A stretch of DNA of 63,504 nucleotides, the filler included, from Lenisia limosa (lineage: Eukaryota; Protista; Breviatea), in NCBI GenBank assembly GCA_001655205.1. It is 10 parts of 10 records of this genome, joined end to end, with 100 filler letters (N's around TTAATTAATTAA, not from the genome) between each part and the next. Parts side by side here need not be neighbours in the genome. Positions count along the whole stretch, not along the records: positions 1 to 5,393 come from LPNZ01008749.1; positions 5,494 to 11,301 come from LPNZ01000828.1; positions 11,402 to 21,984 come from LPNZ01009582.1; 7 more parts are not named here. One strand, given 5' to 3'. This document shows positions 1 through 14,400 of the stretch, piece by piece; the stretch's first letter is position 1; every line of letters starts with the position of its first letter. A program made the translations under genes and the position numbers. Under the pieces are notes generated by a model. It ran no database searches, had not been told where the DNA came from, and saw only the letters and a program-made list of their open reading frames with translations.

Positions 1-1150
1 TCAATTTCCTTCATGAGCATCTTCTCCTCCTTCTGCGATTTGCGGTGGTTGGAGTACATGTCCTTGATCCATCGCTCGGAGTTGTTTTTATGATACTAAA
101 TGGGTTAGCTTTTTTATATAGAGCAATGAGAAATATATAAAATAAGTTAGTATCTGGCCGAAACCGTCTACACCATCAAGAGATATTGGATTCTAGTATA
201 GTATTAATTCACCCAATCATTTGCCTTACAACTCTGTGCACACAACTTTTTGCGTTAGCTTTTTTATAGTAATACAATGGTAAGCTTTCATATTGTAAAA
301 AACAATTTGTAGTATAGTCTATAATATGACATGTACCCCCATAATATAGAAAGATATGATCCAGAAGTGGTACCCCCCATATATTCCTGGGTGGAAGGAA
401 GATGAAGGGGTGTTTCAATCCATCTAAAACGAAGATTATAAAATAAATGATCTAAAAAGAAGAAGGAAGACGGTAGAGATAGTATGGCATGGAGAGGAGT
501 ATATTATGGTTAATTTGCTGAGATTTTACTGATTCAAGGGCCGAAGAATCCTTGGGCCCAGCCTTATATCTATAATATGCTTCGCACCCCCCCCCCCCCN
601 NNNNNNNNNATCCATGATTTGCAGATCTGTGGTGGTGTGAGTAATAAGAATTAAAATTTCCATTTCTCACCATGAGTGATGTTATTTAGTGTTTTTTGTT
701 TTGTTGTTCTGTCCTTTATCCCCCCCCCCCCCNNNNNNNNNNNNNNNNNNNNNNNNNNNNNNNNNNNNNNNNNNNNNNNNNNNNNNNNNNNNNNNNNNNN
801 NNNNNNNNNNNNNNNNNNNNNNNNNNNNNNNNNNNNNNNNNNNNNNNNNTTGGTGATGAGAGGGTGTGGAAAATGTTTCTTTTTCGAATGACAAGAAATT
901 TGAGTGATGATAAGCGATATTATGATATTCTGTCGCCTCTCTCCATGATGGTGGTGTGGGATAGAAATGAGAAAAAAAAAGAGTTGTACCTGGCCAAAGC
1001 CGTCCACACTATCACGCATAAAAGAGATATTGGATTATAGAATAAATACACCCAAAAATTTGCCTTACAACTCTGTGCACACAGCTTTCTGCGTGTCTCC
1101 TCAGCATACAGCAATGACACATTAAACACTATGTCCAAAATCACTCCTCG
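1..1150 (-). CDS. Hypothetical spliced gene fragment
   Basis: GC-richer exon-like blocks on the minus strand: SERWIKDMYSNHRKSQKEEKMLMKEI (1-80), GLKHPFIFLPPRNIWGVPLLDHIFLYYG (~335-425) and RGVILDIVFNVSLL followed by a GTATG donor. No family recognised. Confidence 0.45.
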
Positions 1151-1499
1151 CACTACTATAACTCCGTACTATTCAACCCTCCACGTACTTTGCAATAATG
1201 CCGCTCATTGCTTTTCCAAAAGTCACACCTGAGAGTAAAATACATTTTTTGAATCAATTGAACAGAAAAAAACAAATCCCTGAGATAACACAAGGGATTC
1301 ACTTCGTTTCGAAAAAGACTGAAATTAAATAAAAATAATATATTTTTTGAGAAATTCAGTCTTTTTCACCGAAGTAAAGCCCTGAGATGTCACAAAGGAT
1401 CAAACAGTTAATAGGTGGTATAGTGTTCAAATTAAGCAACACTTGGAGTACAAAGCTTTAAGGCTTTTCCAATACGGAAATATTGGTAAACTATCGAAA

Positions 1500-1581
1500 T
1501 ACAGTGACCAGGAGAAGTGTTGGCCGATTTTCCTTGGGAAATCAAACAACAAATTGGTCAAGACTTATCCCGGTCCCTGTA
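1500..1581. mobile_element. Tc1/mariner-like MITE (TA-CAGTGACCGGGATAAGTC...GACTTATCCCGGTCACTG-TA). Also at 50257-50321, 11103-11228; halves at ~3192, 48307, 51160
   Basis: Inverted termini beginning CAGTG and flanked by TA, as in Tc1-class TIRs and TA target duplication. Confidence 0.8.
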
Positions 1582-2566
1582 TCTATCGATGATTTTTCTT
1601 GACACTCCGTCATTTTCTGGATCGGAATGACGCCTTATATTGAGAGTATTGAAATTTTTTTTACAATAGATAGATATTGAATAATTAAATAAAGATGAAA
1701 AATAAGACAAGGTTGTATCTGGCCAAAGCCGTCCACATCATCACGCTTATACGAGATATTGGATTAAAGTAAAATAATAAAAATGCACCAATCATTTATG
1801 AGTTATAATAAGGCTTCCTTGTAATTAATTGAGAGAATATTTAAAAGACAAAATAATAAAAGAAAAAAAAAAAAAAAATAATAAAAAGAATTTGAACTGG
1901 GACATATTGTAACAAGAACTCCTTTTCAGACACTTTAATTTCAAATTATATTTCTTCAAACAAATTATGTCCTAGTTACAATATGTCCAAACTCCTACTA
2001 CAACTTTAAAAAATAATTCTCTCTCATAAATTGAACGTGGCCCTAATTATCAACATTGTATGAAATGAAACGCTCTCTGTAGTTCCAAGAAGACACTAAA
2101 TGGGTTCAAGAAGGTATAGGCCTGTATTTTTTTGAAAAGAAACAAGGCCTTGAAGAGAGATCTAAAGATAAAGATGGGAGGAACTTGCAAAAAGGCATTA
2201 TTCGGAAACAGAGCCCGATATAATATAACCCCAACCATAGTGCTATTGTGTACTATGTTGCTCTTGCTTGGAAAGCATGTTATGCGCCCTATCTTCCCCA
2301 CAAACATTGTGACTGATCGACTTAATGAAAGTTGTCCCTATTACAGTATCCACTCCAACAACTCGAATTATCAATTCAGTCTGAGAGAAGTGTTCAGTGA
2401 GTGTTCAGGCAAGTGTTCAGGAAGAGGAGGAAGAGGCACAACAAAAAACAGAGAAAAAGTGCGCGCCCTCGTTGAAAATTCACGCCACATCTTGAGCAAA
2501 CTTTTCGTGCGCAAAAACTGCAAAAACAACACACTTGAAACCCACAATCATCTACCAGGGACATAG

Positions 2567-5327
2567 GTTATCCTCTGGTGATGTCACTGCATCTAGCCTG
2601 CGCTGGCGGCACAGTAGAGGAGGTTGAAGATCTCGTTGAGGCTGGAGCGGATGTCGACGCCAGAGACAAGGTATGCCATCTTCTTGGCGATAAGTCCCAA
2701 TTGAAGCTTGTTAAGATGATGATAAGGCTTATCCTAGTATTAGGGCACAATCTTTGAAAGTTAGAGTTTTGGATTAGGATTTATAACAGTTTTTTATTTA
2801 TTATTTGAGAGCACCAAACTCCCATTATTTTGAATAGGTAATTTCCCATTTTCAGTAAAATTTACCCTGACAGAATTTAGGGGAATAATTCTGAAATTTG
2901 ATATATATTACTGGTATACTTCACTTGTACTTGTAGAGAGGGTATACTATTGGAGACAATATGAGATTGCAGGGTATGGGATTATAGTGTAGTAATAGGG
3001 AATAATTGATTTGATTAACTTTGAAAAAAGGACGATGATAACGGACTGTTCAGGCATGTATAGTATTGGAATTCCCCCCCCCCCTCCCATCTGGGATAAT
3101 CTACTTATGGCATGATATCATCATTGTTAACAGCTCTTCCAAGTATAAGTAATGCAGACCTAATTCGCATATACGCAATTAGTTACATAATATACAGTGA
3201 CAGGGATAAGTGCTGGCCGATTTGCTATGTAATTTTCCTTGTGACCCGTTTAGGCTGGGTTGGCACCCTTGGACATTGCCCTTCAGTCCGGACGCGCAGA
3301 TGTGTCGGAAGCGCTCGTAGAACTCGGTGCCGACGTGGACGCTGTTGGCTCGGTGGGCTTGGGGAGGGGGGGTGAGCGGCGGTTGCTCACCCATAAAAGT
3401 GTGATTACGAACGTTCTATTGTTGAATAACGTACCNNNNNNNNNNNNNNNNNNNNNNNNNNNNNNNNNNNNNNNNNNNNNNNNNNNNNNNNNNNNNNNNN
3501 NNNNNNNNNNNNNNNNNNNNNNNNNNNNNNNNNNNNNNNNNNNNNNNACCTTTCTCCACTTCAGGGGGATGGTGTAATTACTGAGTTTGAATCGGGAGAC
3601 AAAAGCGAGAAACAGTCGCATTGTTTTTCAGCATGTCTTGTGACAATTTTTCGCATGAAATGCAATCTCATTGTTTTCACAAGTCTCATTGTTTTTAGCC
3701 AAAACTGGCATACAAGTCTCATTGTTTTTAGCATGGATTACGTCCTCTTTTAGTAGCTATCGACCAAGGAATGGAGGGTTGGCGGGGGGGGGGGGTAAAA
3801 TTAGAAAATTTATGAAACAAAAAAGCCCAAAATCAACTCTGTTGGCTGATAACACTTGNNNNNNNNNNNNNNNNNNNNNNNNNNNNNNNNNNNNNNNNNN
3901 NNNNNNNNNNNNNNNNNNNNNNNNNNNNNNNNNNNNNNNNNNNNNNNNNNNNNNNNNNNNNNNNNNNNNNNNNNNNNNNNNNNNNNATTTAAGTAAGGCC
4001 TCTTTTCGGTTCAGAAAAACTCATTCAAATATCGATTCGAGGATTTATCGAGATATTCAGTCTTTTTTCGCAGCGGAGTGAAGCCCTAGATTTAAGATAT
4101 TCAGTCTTTTTCGGACCGTACGGAAGCCCTACCTCTATTTAAATTAGGATCATACATATACTGACATGGATACTGTAATTAGCGCTTCACTTGGGTTTAA
4201 AGAACCCCGGTTAAATATGGATAGTTTTCGAGGATTAATAGAGAAATTCAGTCTTTTTTTTTGAGCCGAAGTGAAGTCCTAATTATTATTTTTCAGGTGT
4301 GGCCCTCTTGATGATCCGATATAGCTGTGACCTCAGCGGTACTTACCCCCCAGATGGCCTGACTGGTAAGGGGGGGCTTCCCTATGTCCAAAAAACATCA
4401 GTAAAGTATCGATATTTATCGAGGGTTTATCGATCTTTTTTAGGACTCTTGGAACCCCTAGGTATAATACCTTATCATATTGCAAAAAAAGGGGGATTTT
4501 GATATATTTGGTGTGTGTGTTTATACATACCTCTGTGTGTGTGTATGTATTATGTATGTGGGTGTGTTTTGTAGATAATAATTATAATGAATATCATATA
4601 CTATATATAATATATGATTGTATATTAGATAATATGACGAAATCTCATATTTGCAGCCCTGCATCTTGCCACGCGCCGCGCAATGTTGAGCGTAATCAAA
4701 GAACTCCTCGCACGAGGCGTAGACGTGGATGTCCGAAGTCATGCTAAATCTACGCCACTCCATCTTGCGGCCCTTGATCCAACCTTACCGGTGGGAAGTA
4801 TACATTGTGTTGAAATTTTGGGCTTACTGTTCCAAAAAAACTGAGTATCACGATAAATCTTCGATATATATTTTTAAGTCTTTTCGGACCGAAAGGCCCA
4901 GTAGTAATTATATAAAATCATATGATATACTCTATCACACACATGTCTACATATTTATATACTAGTAGTAATATGTATGATATTGTGTATGTATATACAT
5001 ATCATATTGTATATTTGGGGTTTATGTATTTTTGAACTGGTGTTTGGGGATAAGTACGTCACCTGACCGTGAATCCGACCATTTCCCCCCCCCCCCCGNN
5101 NNNNNNNNNNNNNNNNNNNNNNNNNNNNNNNNNNNNNNNNNNNNNNNNNNNNNNNNNNNNNNNNNNNNNNNNNNNNNNNNNNNNNNNNGAAATTTGACTT
5201 TTGGCTCAAATAGCCCCTCATTTTTACTTAAATCCTGATATTGATTCTTTGAATATATTCATCTTTTCAGGAAGAAGTAATCCAACTTTTCCTCAGCAAA
5301 GGCGCTGACGTCAACTGCAGAAATAAG
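2567..5327 (+). CDS. Ankyrin-repeat protein (partial, at least 4 exons)
   Basis: Exons give SLHLACAGGTVEEVEDLVEAGADVDARDK (to 2670), LAPLDIALQSGRADVSEALVELGADVDAVGS (3253-3352), LHLATRRAMLSVIKELLARGVDVDVRSHAKSTPLHLAA (~4638-4790) and EEVIQLFLSKGADVNCRNK. GT-AG boundaries. Confidence 0.9.
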
Positions 5328-5393
5328 GTGTGTGTGCGTGGGTTATAGTATGGGTGAGGGGATTAGATGCTGTAGAAACGACCGGCCTGGGCT

Positions 5394-5493
5394 NNNNNNN
5401 NNNNNNNNNNNNNNNNNNNNNNNNNNNNNNNNNNNNNTTAATTAATTAANNNNNNNNNNNNNNNNNNNNNNNNNNNNNNNNNNNNNNNNNNNN
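5394..5493. other. Artificial contig linker (44 N + TTAATTAATTAA + 44 N). The 12-mer also occurs at 11346, 22029, 27706, 47752, 49081, 53437, 54763 and 58099
   Basis: Same 12-mer, giving stops in all six frames, flanked by N runs nine times; gene content changes abruptly at each one. Confidence 0.97.
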
Positions 5494-5519
5494 CCCCCCC
5501 CCCCCCTCATAAACCAACC

Positions 5520-8500
5520 ATCAGGAAGTAGAACAGCGGGTTGCCTCCGCCAGCCTTGAACGCGGCCTCACAGCGCTTAAACTCACTTTCAAGCTCGTAA
5601 ACATTCTAGGGAGAGTAAAACGAAGGAAATTTCGATGACTGTTCGCTTCTGTAGCACCGCATCCCATCACTCCAGAAATGATAATTAACAACCAATGAAC
5701 AACTCTAGGATTGGAAACAACAAACAGTGAATTTCATATTGATTCTGTGGGTGAAAAAGCAGGGCATACAATGAGAAATAAAACAAAACAGTACTATAGT
5801 ATGAAACTCCCAGGTCACAAAACAGTAGTATAGTATGAAACTCTCAGGTCACAGCGTTCCTGAGGGTGGAAAATAAGGAAGTTAAAGATTTTGGGCTTTA
5901 AAGAAAAGCATACCTTCTTAAACCTGTTGATCTGCTTCTTCTGTTTGCGGGTTCGGCTGCTGATTTTGGCTGGGAGGTTCCTTTGGATCTTCTCTCCAGC
6001 CTGGAGGGGGGCATTGTTATTGATCTGTTTTTTTTTTGTTATTTTTAGTAGTTACTCGAGTTTGGTCCTCCTCCCCACCTCAAACAGACGGTCACAACGT
6101 GATGCAATGCTGGTCTTTTGGGACTGGTACCTACACAGGGATAAGGGTAGTCCGTCAACTCCACCACTTTTCCCACCATCCCCCTAAGCAAACAACACAT
6201 TTTTTATGGCCAAGCTGCTTAATCATTGCGACCCCCCTTGTAATTATATCCCCTTGGGGGCCGAGGCCTTTTTTCAATGTGTCACTTTTTGGTAGTGGTC
6301 ATACAAAGCATAATTTTTTCCACTATAACCACGAAAACAGTATAATGTAGTTATTTACTGTGGAAATCCTTTCCAGACTGAAAAACATGAAATATTTTAT
6401 TTTCATAAGTCAATTTCACCAAATATTTAATAATATATTACGAAAAAAATTGCCTTATTTAGTAAATTCGATCAATCACACAAAGTATATTGTTTGTCCA
6501 AAGTTGGATTCGAGATTTGGACTATTTTGAACTCCATTTTCGCGTGATATAGTAAATCCACTAAATAAGGTCACCGAATAATTTTTTTTGTCAAAACAGT
6601 GAAATTGGTCGTAGGGAATGGGTAAATATTAATCTCAAAACACTTTTACTGGTAACATTATCAAAATTGGCTTGTATTTACTGTTACCATTATCAAAATT
6701 GGCTTGAATTTTTATCAAAAACCTCTGGGAGAGACGATGGGCCCCAAGGGGATACCATTGTCAGTACCCAATTCCCAATCCCCCATTTCCCGCACCGCTG
6801 TCAAATCACCCACTTTTTATGGTCGATCGGAATAGGTCTCTGGCGGAACTGGTTGATCATGTCCATGGGGAGGGCGAATAGCCCAATGCCTCCGAAGAGC
6901 ACAAACAGGAACTGCGGAGTGAAATTGGAAAATTTATGAAAGTCGCTTCTGCAGCCCCGCATCCCAAATCGAAGGAATTTCAAAGAAAGAAAAACAACTA
7001 CAACCCACCCATCCGAAGATTCCAAGAACTGCGATCAGATAGATCTGGAACTGCACCTCATAAGTCAGGTTCCCGGTGCCGGAGTCGCACTAAAGGGTCA
7101 GGGGGGGGGGTGACATGTGTAATTAATATGTTACAAAAATTGACAATTAAGCATGTGGGTATCGTAAGGCAACAAAAGACAGCGTTTTAGCTCGCCGTCC
7201 CCACGAATTCTCCAGTGCAAGGTGCCTTGAAATCGAAGCCGTCCCCAATGGGCACTAGCTCCCTCGCAACAAAGTCATAGTCAATCTGGACGTTAAGAAT
7301 GAATGTCAGGACTGGACGAATCAAATCAACAAATAAAGAAGATAAGAGAAAAAAAAGACTGAATATCTCGATAGATCCTTGGTGATTATCGATATTTCCC
7401 GTCTTTTTGGGCTGTAAAGAAGCCCTGTATACACTGTCTGCGGAGTCTTGACCGATTTAATATAATATCTTAAGGAATATCGGTCAGCACTTACCACTTA
7501 AAACAACCAATGCCACGCACCAGCCGGTATTATCAAAATGTCAATAATTTAAGAAATACTATTTTGGATATGACACGAGCTACCCCCCCCCCCCCCNNNN
7601 NNNNNNNNNNNNNNNNNNNNNNNNNNNNNNNNNNNNNNNNNNNNNNNNNNNNNNNNNNNNNNNNNNNNNNNNNNNNNNNNNNNNNNNNNNNNNNNNNNNN
7701 NNNNNNNNNNNNNNNNNNNNNNNNNNNNNNNNNNNNNNNNNNNNNNNNNNNNNNNNNNNNNNNNNNNNNNNNNNNNNNNNNNNNNNNNNNNNNNNNNNNN
7801 NNNNNNNNNNNNNNNNNNNNNNNNNNNNNNNNNNNNNNNNNNNNNNNNNNNNNNNNNNNNNNNNNNNNNNNNNNNNNNNNNNNNNNNNNNNNNATCCACC
7901 ATTCTCTCCCCCCACTATTCGCCGCCAATGCCGTCGTCAGACTCGTAGAAAAAGGTGGCAAAGGGGATGATGATGACGATGAACACGGCAATGGCAATGA
8001 GAAGGTACACCCACAGCCAGTACATCTGCAGTCCCGCCGCCGTGGTCACATTCGATACATCTGGGGGTAAAACGAAGAAAATTTTGATGAAAAATATTAG
8101 CGTAAAGGTACAGAAAAACGAAGGACATTTGTATAACTCTGTTGGCGGACAACACACGAGGGTTCAACGTGGGAAATTTCGATGAAGAATATCGACGTAA
8201 AGGTAGGAGTAAAATTGAAAATTGAAATATTAAAAATAAAACTCCATCAACTCTACTGGCAAAACATTTGAGAAAAACTGGATAAAAAAAACACACAAAG
8301 CCCAGGCCAGTCATTTCTGCAGCAACCCATCCCATCATTCCGGGGGGATGGGCGTGGGTTAAATGTACAATGTGATGGCGTGGGTAGGTGAATAAAGCGA
8401 GAGGGCTATATTCTTATAAAATGAGGAAGATATCTTCAATACAGAAGGCAACTTATCAAGTGATTATTGCACCAAATCCTATCATGCGAGGCAACTATCA

Positions 8501-8913
8501 TGTGATTATTGCACCAAATCCTATCACGCGAGGCAAAGGGCTAAAAATGAACAGCGAAGAAAAGGCAGAAAAGAGGAAGGTAAGCTGTGAAGGGCCATAC
8601 TGAGGAAGATGAACGTGTTGATTCCACAATTAAAATCGTCCATAAACCCTTCAGTTGACCTTGAGCAACACTAAACACCCATCCTGCAGCTTACCGAGAG
8701 GAAGAAGGAGGACCGTTGCTTCGGCAAGAAGGAGTCCAACAATCACAACGAACTTAGGGAAATAGGCTGCATTCTTGTCATGCTCAGACTATAACATAAG
8801 ATCCATGTCTAATAAGCAGGTAAGCGTACCGTGAAATGGACAAGGAAGTAGATATTACTGATCAGAAGCATAATCGCGACAATTGCCGCTATGCCTATGA
8901 GGAAGAAGTCCAT
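5520..8913 (-). CDS. LMBR1/LIMR-family membrane protein (partial)
   Basis: Spliced product MDFFLIGIAAIVAIMLLISNIYFLVHFT / SEHDKNAAYFPKFVVIVGLLLAEATVLLLPL / DVSNVTTAAGLQMYWLWVYLLIAIAVFIVIIIPFATFFYESDD ... NVYELESEFKRCEAAFKAGGGNPLFYFLM. These match LMBR1-like motifs (DKNxAYFPKxVV, PFAxFYYE, GGNP). Confidence 0.85.
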
Positions 8914-9075
8914 CTTTGCGACCTGGACCTAAATTCTTTTCTTCTTTACTTTCAACGCTTTTCCTTGTTTTTAAATTTGTCCACACACATATATACTTCC
9001 GGTCGCGCAGCTCTAAAAAGACGATTTCTCGTTCCACTGTGGCCTTTTTATTAGTTTTCACTAGGTAAATCTACA
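8914..9075. promoter_or_regulatory. Probable bidirectional promoter (162 bp) between the LMBR1-like gene and METAP2
   Basis: Divergent ATGs at 8913 (-) and 9076 (+). Confidence 0.6.
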
Positions 9076-10876
<1,801 letters not shown>

Positions 10877-11401
10877 GTATGAGTATATATATCATATTAT
10901 ATTAAATACCTATCTTGTACCTGCATACCGTACTGTGTTTGTGCATAATATTTAGAATGACTGTGGAATTCTTGACAGATTATTTGGAAAGATCCAAGTT
11001 AAAAATAATATATAATATATATAGTATACCATGAATATATAATATCATTTGTGTAATAGTAAAAGTGTTTGCTGGCTATTGAACATGTAGTACTATACTA
11101 TTCACAGTGACCGGGATAAGTCCTAGCCGAGTCTTTGGCCAATTTCCCTTCGATTCGAGGGCTAATACAGAATTAGGCCTTCAAATAGAGCTTTAAACAA
11201 TTGATATTCTTGTACCACTGTCACTGTACTTAATTATGTAGATTAAACATTCAAGAGTAATAATCATTTTGATATTCCGTTGGTTTCTCACCCCCCCCCC
11301 CNNNNNNNNNNNNNNNNNNNNNNNNNNNNNNNNNNNNNNNNNNNNTTAATTAATTAANNNNNNNNNNNNNNNNNNNNNNNNNNNNNNNNNNNNNNNNNNN
11401 N

Positions 11402-14400
11402 TCCTCAAGCCGTAACGCCCCATCTGAGGTATGGTGGTGGTGTCTGAGTATATGTATGTACATACATTGGGAATTTTATTTTTACTTTGCTTCTTTTTCT
11501 TTGTCCGCTCCTGTGCCCCTATAGATGGGATGCGGTGCTGCAGAAGCAACTTATCTGGGCTTTGTTGCTGTTTTCAACCCTCCTGTTTTGCTGACAATAG
11601 CTGTTTTTGTTTTGTTTCGCAAATTTCCTAATTTCACTCAACCCCTCCCCCTCCAGGAAGTGTTTTGAGGGCATATCCGGCCTGGAGTTTGTCGAAGTCG
11701 GCACCAACGTGGTGGGTGCTGGTTTTTTTTATTAGTATATTACATGGGGGGTGTATTATTACAGTAATTTTTGTAATATGAGAGGTCTTTCAATTAAGTA
11801 TATTTAAAGCAAGGTTTCAAGAAAATACTTGGGGGAATTACCAATTTCTTCAACCCCCGCCCCCATAATGCTTTAGGCATCATCTGGATTGGTGGTGACC
11901 GAAATGCACTCGTCCGAGGGTGAAAAGGTTCCCTTCCTGCAGGTTATCGACCCAACCGGTGAGAAGGGAGAGTTTTAATATATACATTTAAAATCTAGTT
12001 GAAAGAGAATGACGGTGTTGACAAACGTTAAGAAAATAAATCAAAATTAGAGAGGATGATTAGGAGTGATGGGGTGCGGTGCTCCAGGAGCGACTGGCCT
12101 GGGCTTTGTTTGTTCTGTTTTTATCAACCCTTGTGTCTTGTCAGCCAACCGAGTTGATTTGGGCTTTTTGTTAAATAAATTTTCCCATTTTACTCCCCCT
12201 TTAGACGACGTTGAAGGGTGGCTCAGGAAGGTGGAACAGCAGATGCATGCAGCAATTCAAGCGTCCGTCACTTCCGCAATTAAAAAAGCACCGGTGGGAG
12301 GGTGGGAGTGAACCTTTTTGTGTTTTTATTAATTTGAAAAGAATATGGGTCACACCTTTCTCTGTAGAATTACAAATAATAAAAACAACATGGGTTATGT
12401 TTCTCACTTTAGCTTATTTGAAACCCTTTCTCAAAGAGGCAGTCAACTAACTGCTTCAGACCTCTTTGAAGGAACGGCATAATTGGATCACCTCCCACCC
12501 TAGTCAAGTTGTCGTCGCTGTGTCCCATGTAGGGGGGTCATCTTCAATTCACTCTCCCCCTCTTATATAGTTCCCCCTTGTCAACATTCCTGTTGTGTGT
12601 TGTGCTATTCTCAACTCTCGAGTGTTGTCGTCAGCCAACAGAGTTGAATTTGGGCTTTGTTGTTTCATAAAAACAATCCAATTTTACCCCCCCCCCCCTT
12701 TTATATCTTTCCATATTTACCCCTCTCAGCTCCTCTGGACCATGGCAGTGGAGGAAGCGATTGTGGAAAATAAGGCCCAAAATGGAGCTATGAAGCGTCT
12801 TGCTACTACCTTGACCGCGTAAGGGGGGAGGGTAAGTTATGTGGCGGAAATCATTTGCGACTTACCATATAAGGTAACTCGGCGACGCACTTACCATATT
12901 AGGCAACTCAACCAAGTAATTGTGAGTGTTCGCAGACCTCTACAGCCTCTCACTCGAATGGTTCTCGAATCTCTGCTGGTAGGTTTGGCACTTTTAAACT
13001 TAATTGTGAAGATGGCCTCGGAGAGATCCTCCCTCAACTCCCAGATTCTTTATTTTTACCCCCCCCCCCNNNNNNNNNNNNNNNNNNNNNNNNNNNNNNN
13101 NNNNNNNNNNNNNNNNNNNNNNNNNNNNNNNNNNNNNNNNNNNNNNNNNNNNNNNNNNNNNNNNNNNNAGAACGTTACGTCACTGTCGTCGTTTTCGTGG
13201 ACTTCTATCTTGCGGTTGGAGAGTATTAGCTATGTTATTAGGAGGCCATTTTTCTTCTTTCAAGGTGTTGTTCTATAGCATAGTAAAAATATTACCTTAG
13301 AAATCAAAGTAATGGGTGGGTCTTCTTAAATGAGGTTTTATGGTTATTTTATTTTGGGGCGGATTTCTGATGTTTTTTTGATACATGTAACACTATACCA
13401 AAAATAAAGCTGTCATTTATAATTGGGGAAATGGATAGTAAAAATGGGGTATTATTTTTTTACTATCAATTTTTCTATTTTCATATGTACTACTAACTAC
13501 AAATTTCTTCATTTTCATTTTCACTACTTAGGTACTACCTTACAGAGTCGAAGAAACAGCCCACCTTGAGTGTTCAGCAGCTTTCGACCGTCCTCGATTA
13601 TGGCCATGAATACATTGGGGGATCAGGACGCCTTGTTGTAACGCCTCTCACAACCAGGTTGGAATGTACACTTGAATAGGATTTATTGTGACACCGTAAT
13701 TACCAATTTGAGCTCTTTTGGCTCAGAGTTGTGTCTCTTTTGTTTCGAAATAAAAAACAGTGTTTCAGCTACTGGCCTGGACTTTGTTTGGTTGTTATTT
13801 ACCCTCGTGTGCTGTCATCTAGCAGAGTTGATTTTGGGCTTTTTGTTGTTTTATATTTTTTTTTTGCAATTTTACCTCCCCCCCCCCCCNNNNNNNNNNN
13901 NNNNNNNNNNNNNNNNNNNNNNNNNNNNNNNNNNNNNNNNNNNNNNNNNNNNNNNNNNNNNNNNNNNNNNNNNNNNNNNNNTGGCGCTCCAGAGGGGCCT
14001 GCTGGAACTGGTGAGTGGAGTGGGTACTTTGCAATGTGTAAATGGTGATGGTTGTGGGATAAACAGAAACTCTCTAGTTAGCTCTCTTCTGAAATGTGTT
14101 ACTCTATAAGGCTATTTTGCACACTTTGATTCCCTATGAGGCTCTCTTCCATAATTTGTTTTTCTCAGGCTCCCTTCCAAAATTTAAATTCTCTCTGCTA
14201 ACCCCCCCCCCCCNNNNNNNNNNNNNNNNNNNAGCAGTGTATTGTGTTCAATTGTTCAGACGGACTGGACTACTTAGCTATGGGCAAAGTGAGGGGGACT
14301 ACTGGGAGGGGTTATGACTAAATTACCCTTCTTCAAATCACCTTTCCTGTTTATAATCGTCATTATTCCTTACGTCACAAGCCTTCTATGACTATATAAA

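Noticed and set aside
586-610. Poly-C/poly-G runs adjoining internal N gaps as functional motifs
   Set aside because: Their true length is unknown because sequencing fails there. Many are just the C-rich tail of family A acceptors.
5438-5449. Recurrent TTAATTAATTAA as a biological motif
   Set aside because: Always flanked by N runs at contig changes; a standard six-frame-stop concatenation linker.
12861-12910. U1 snRNA gene (ACTTACC)
   Set aside because: No U1 stem-loops or Sm site follow. The motif serves as an intron acceptor.
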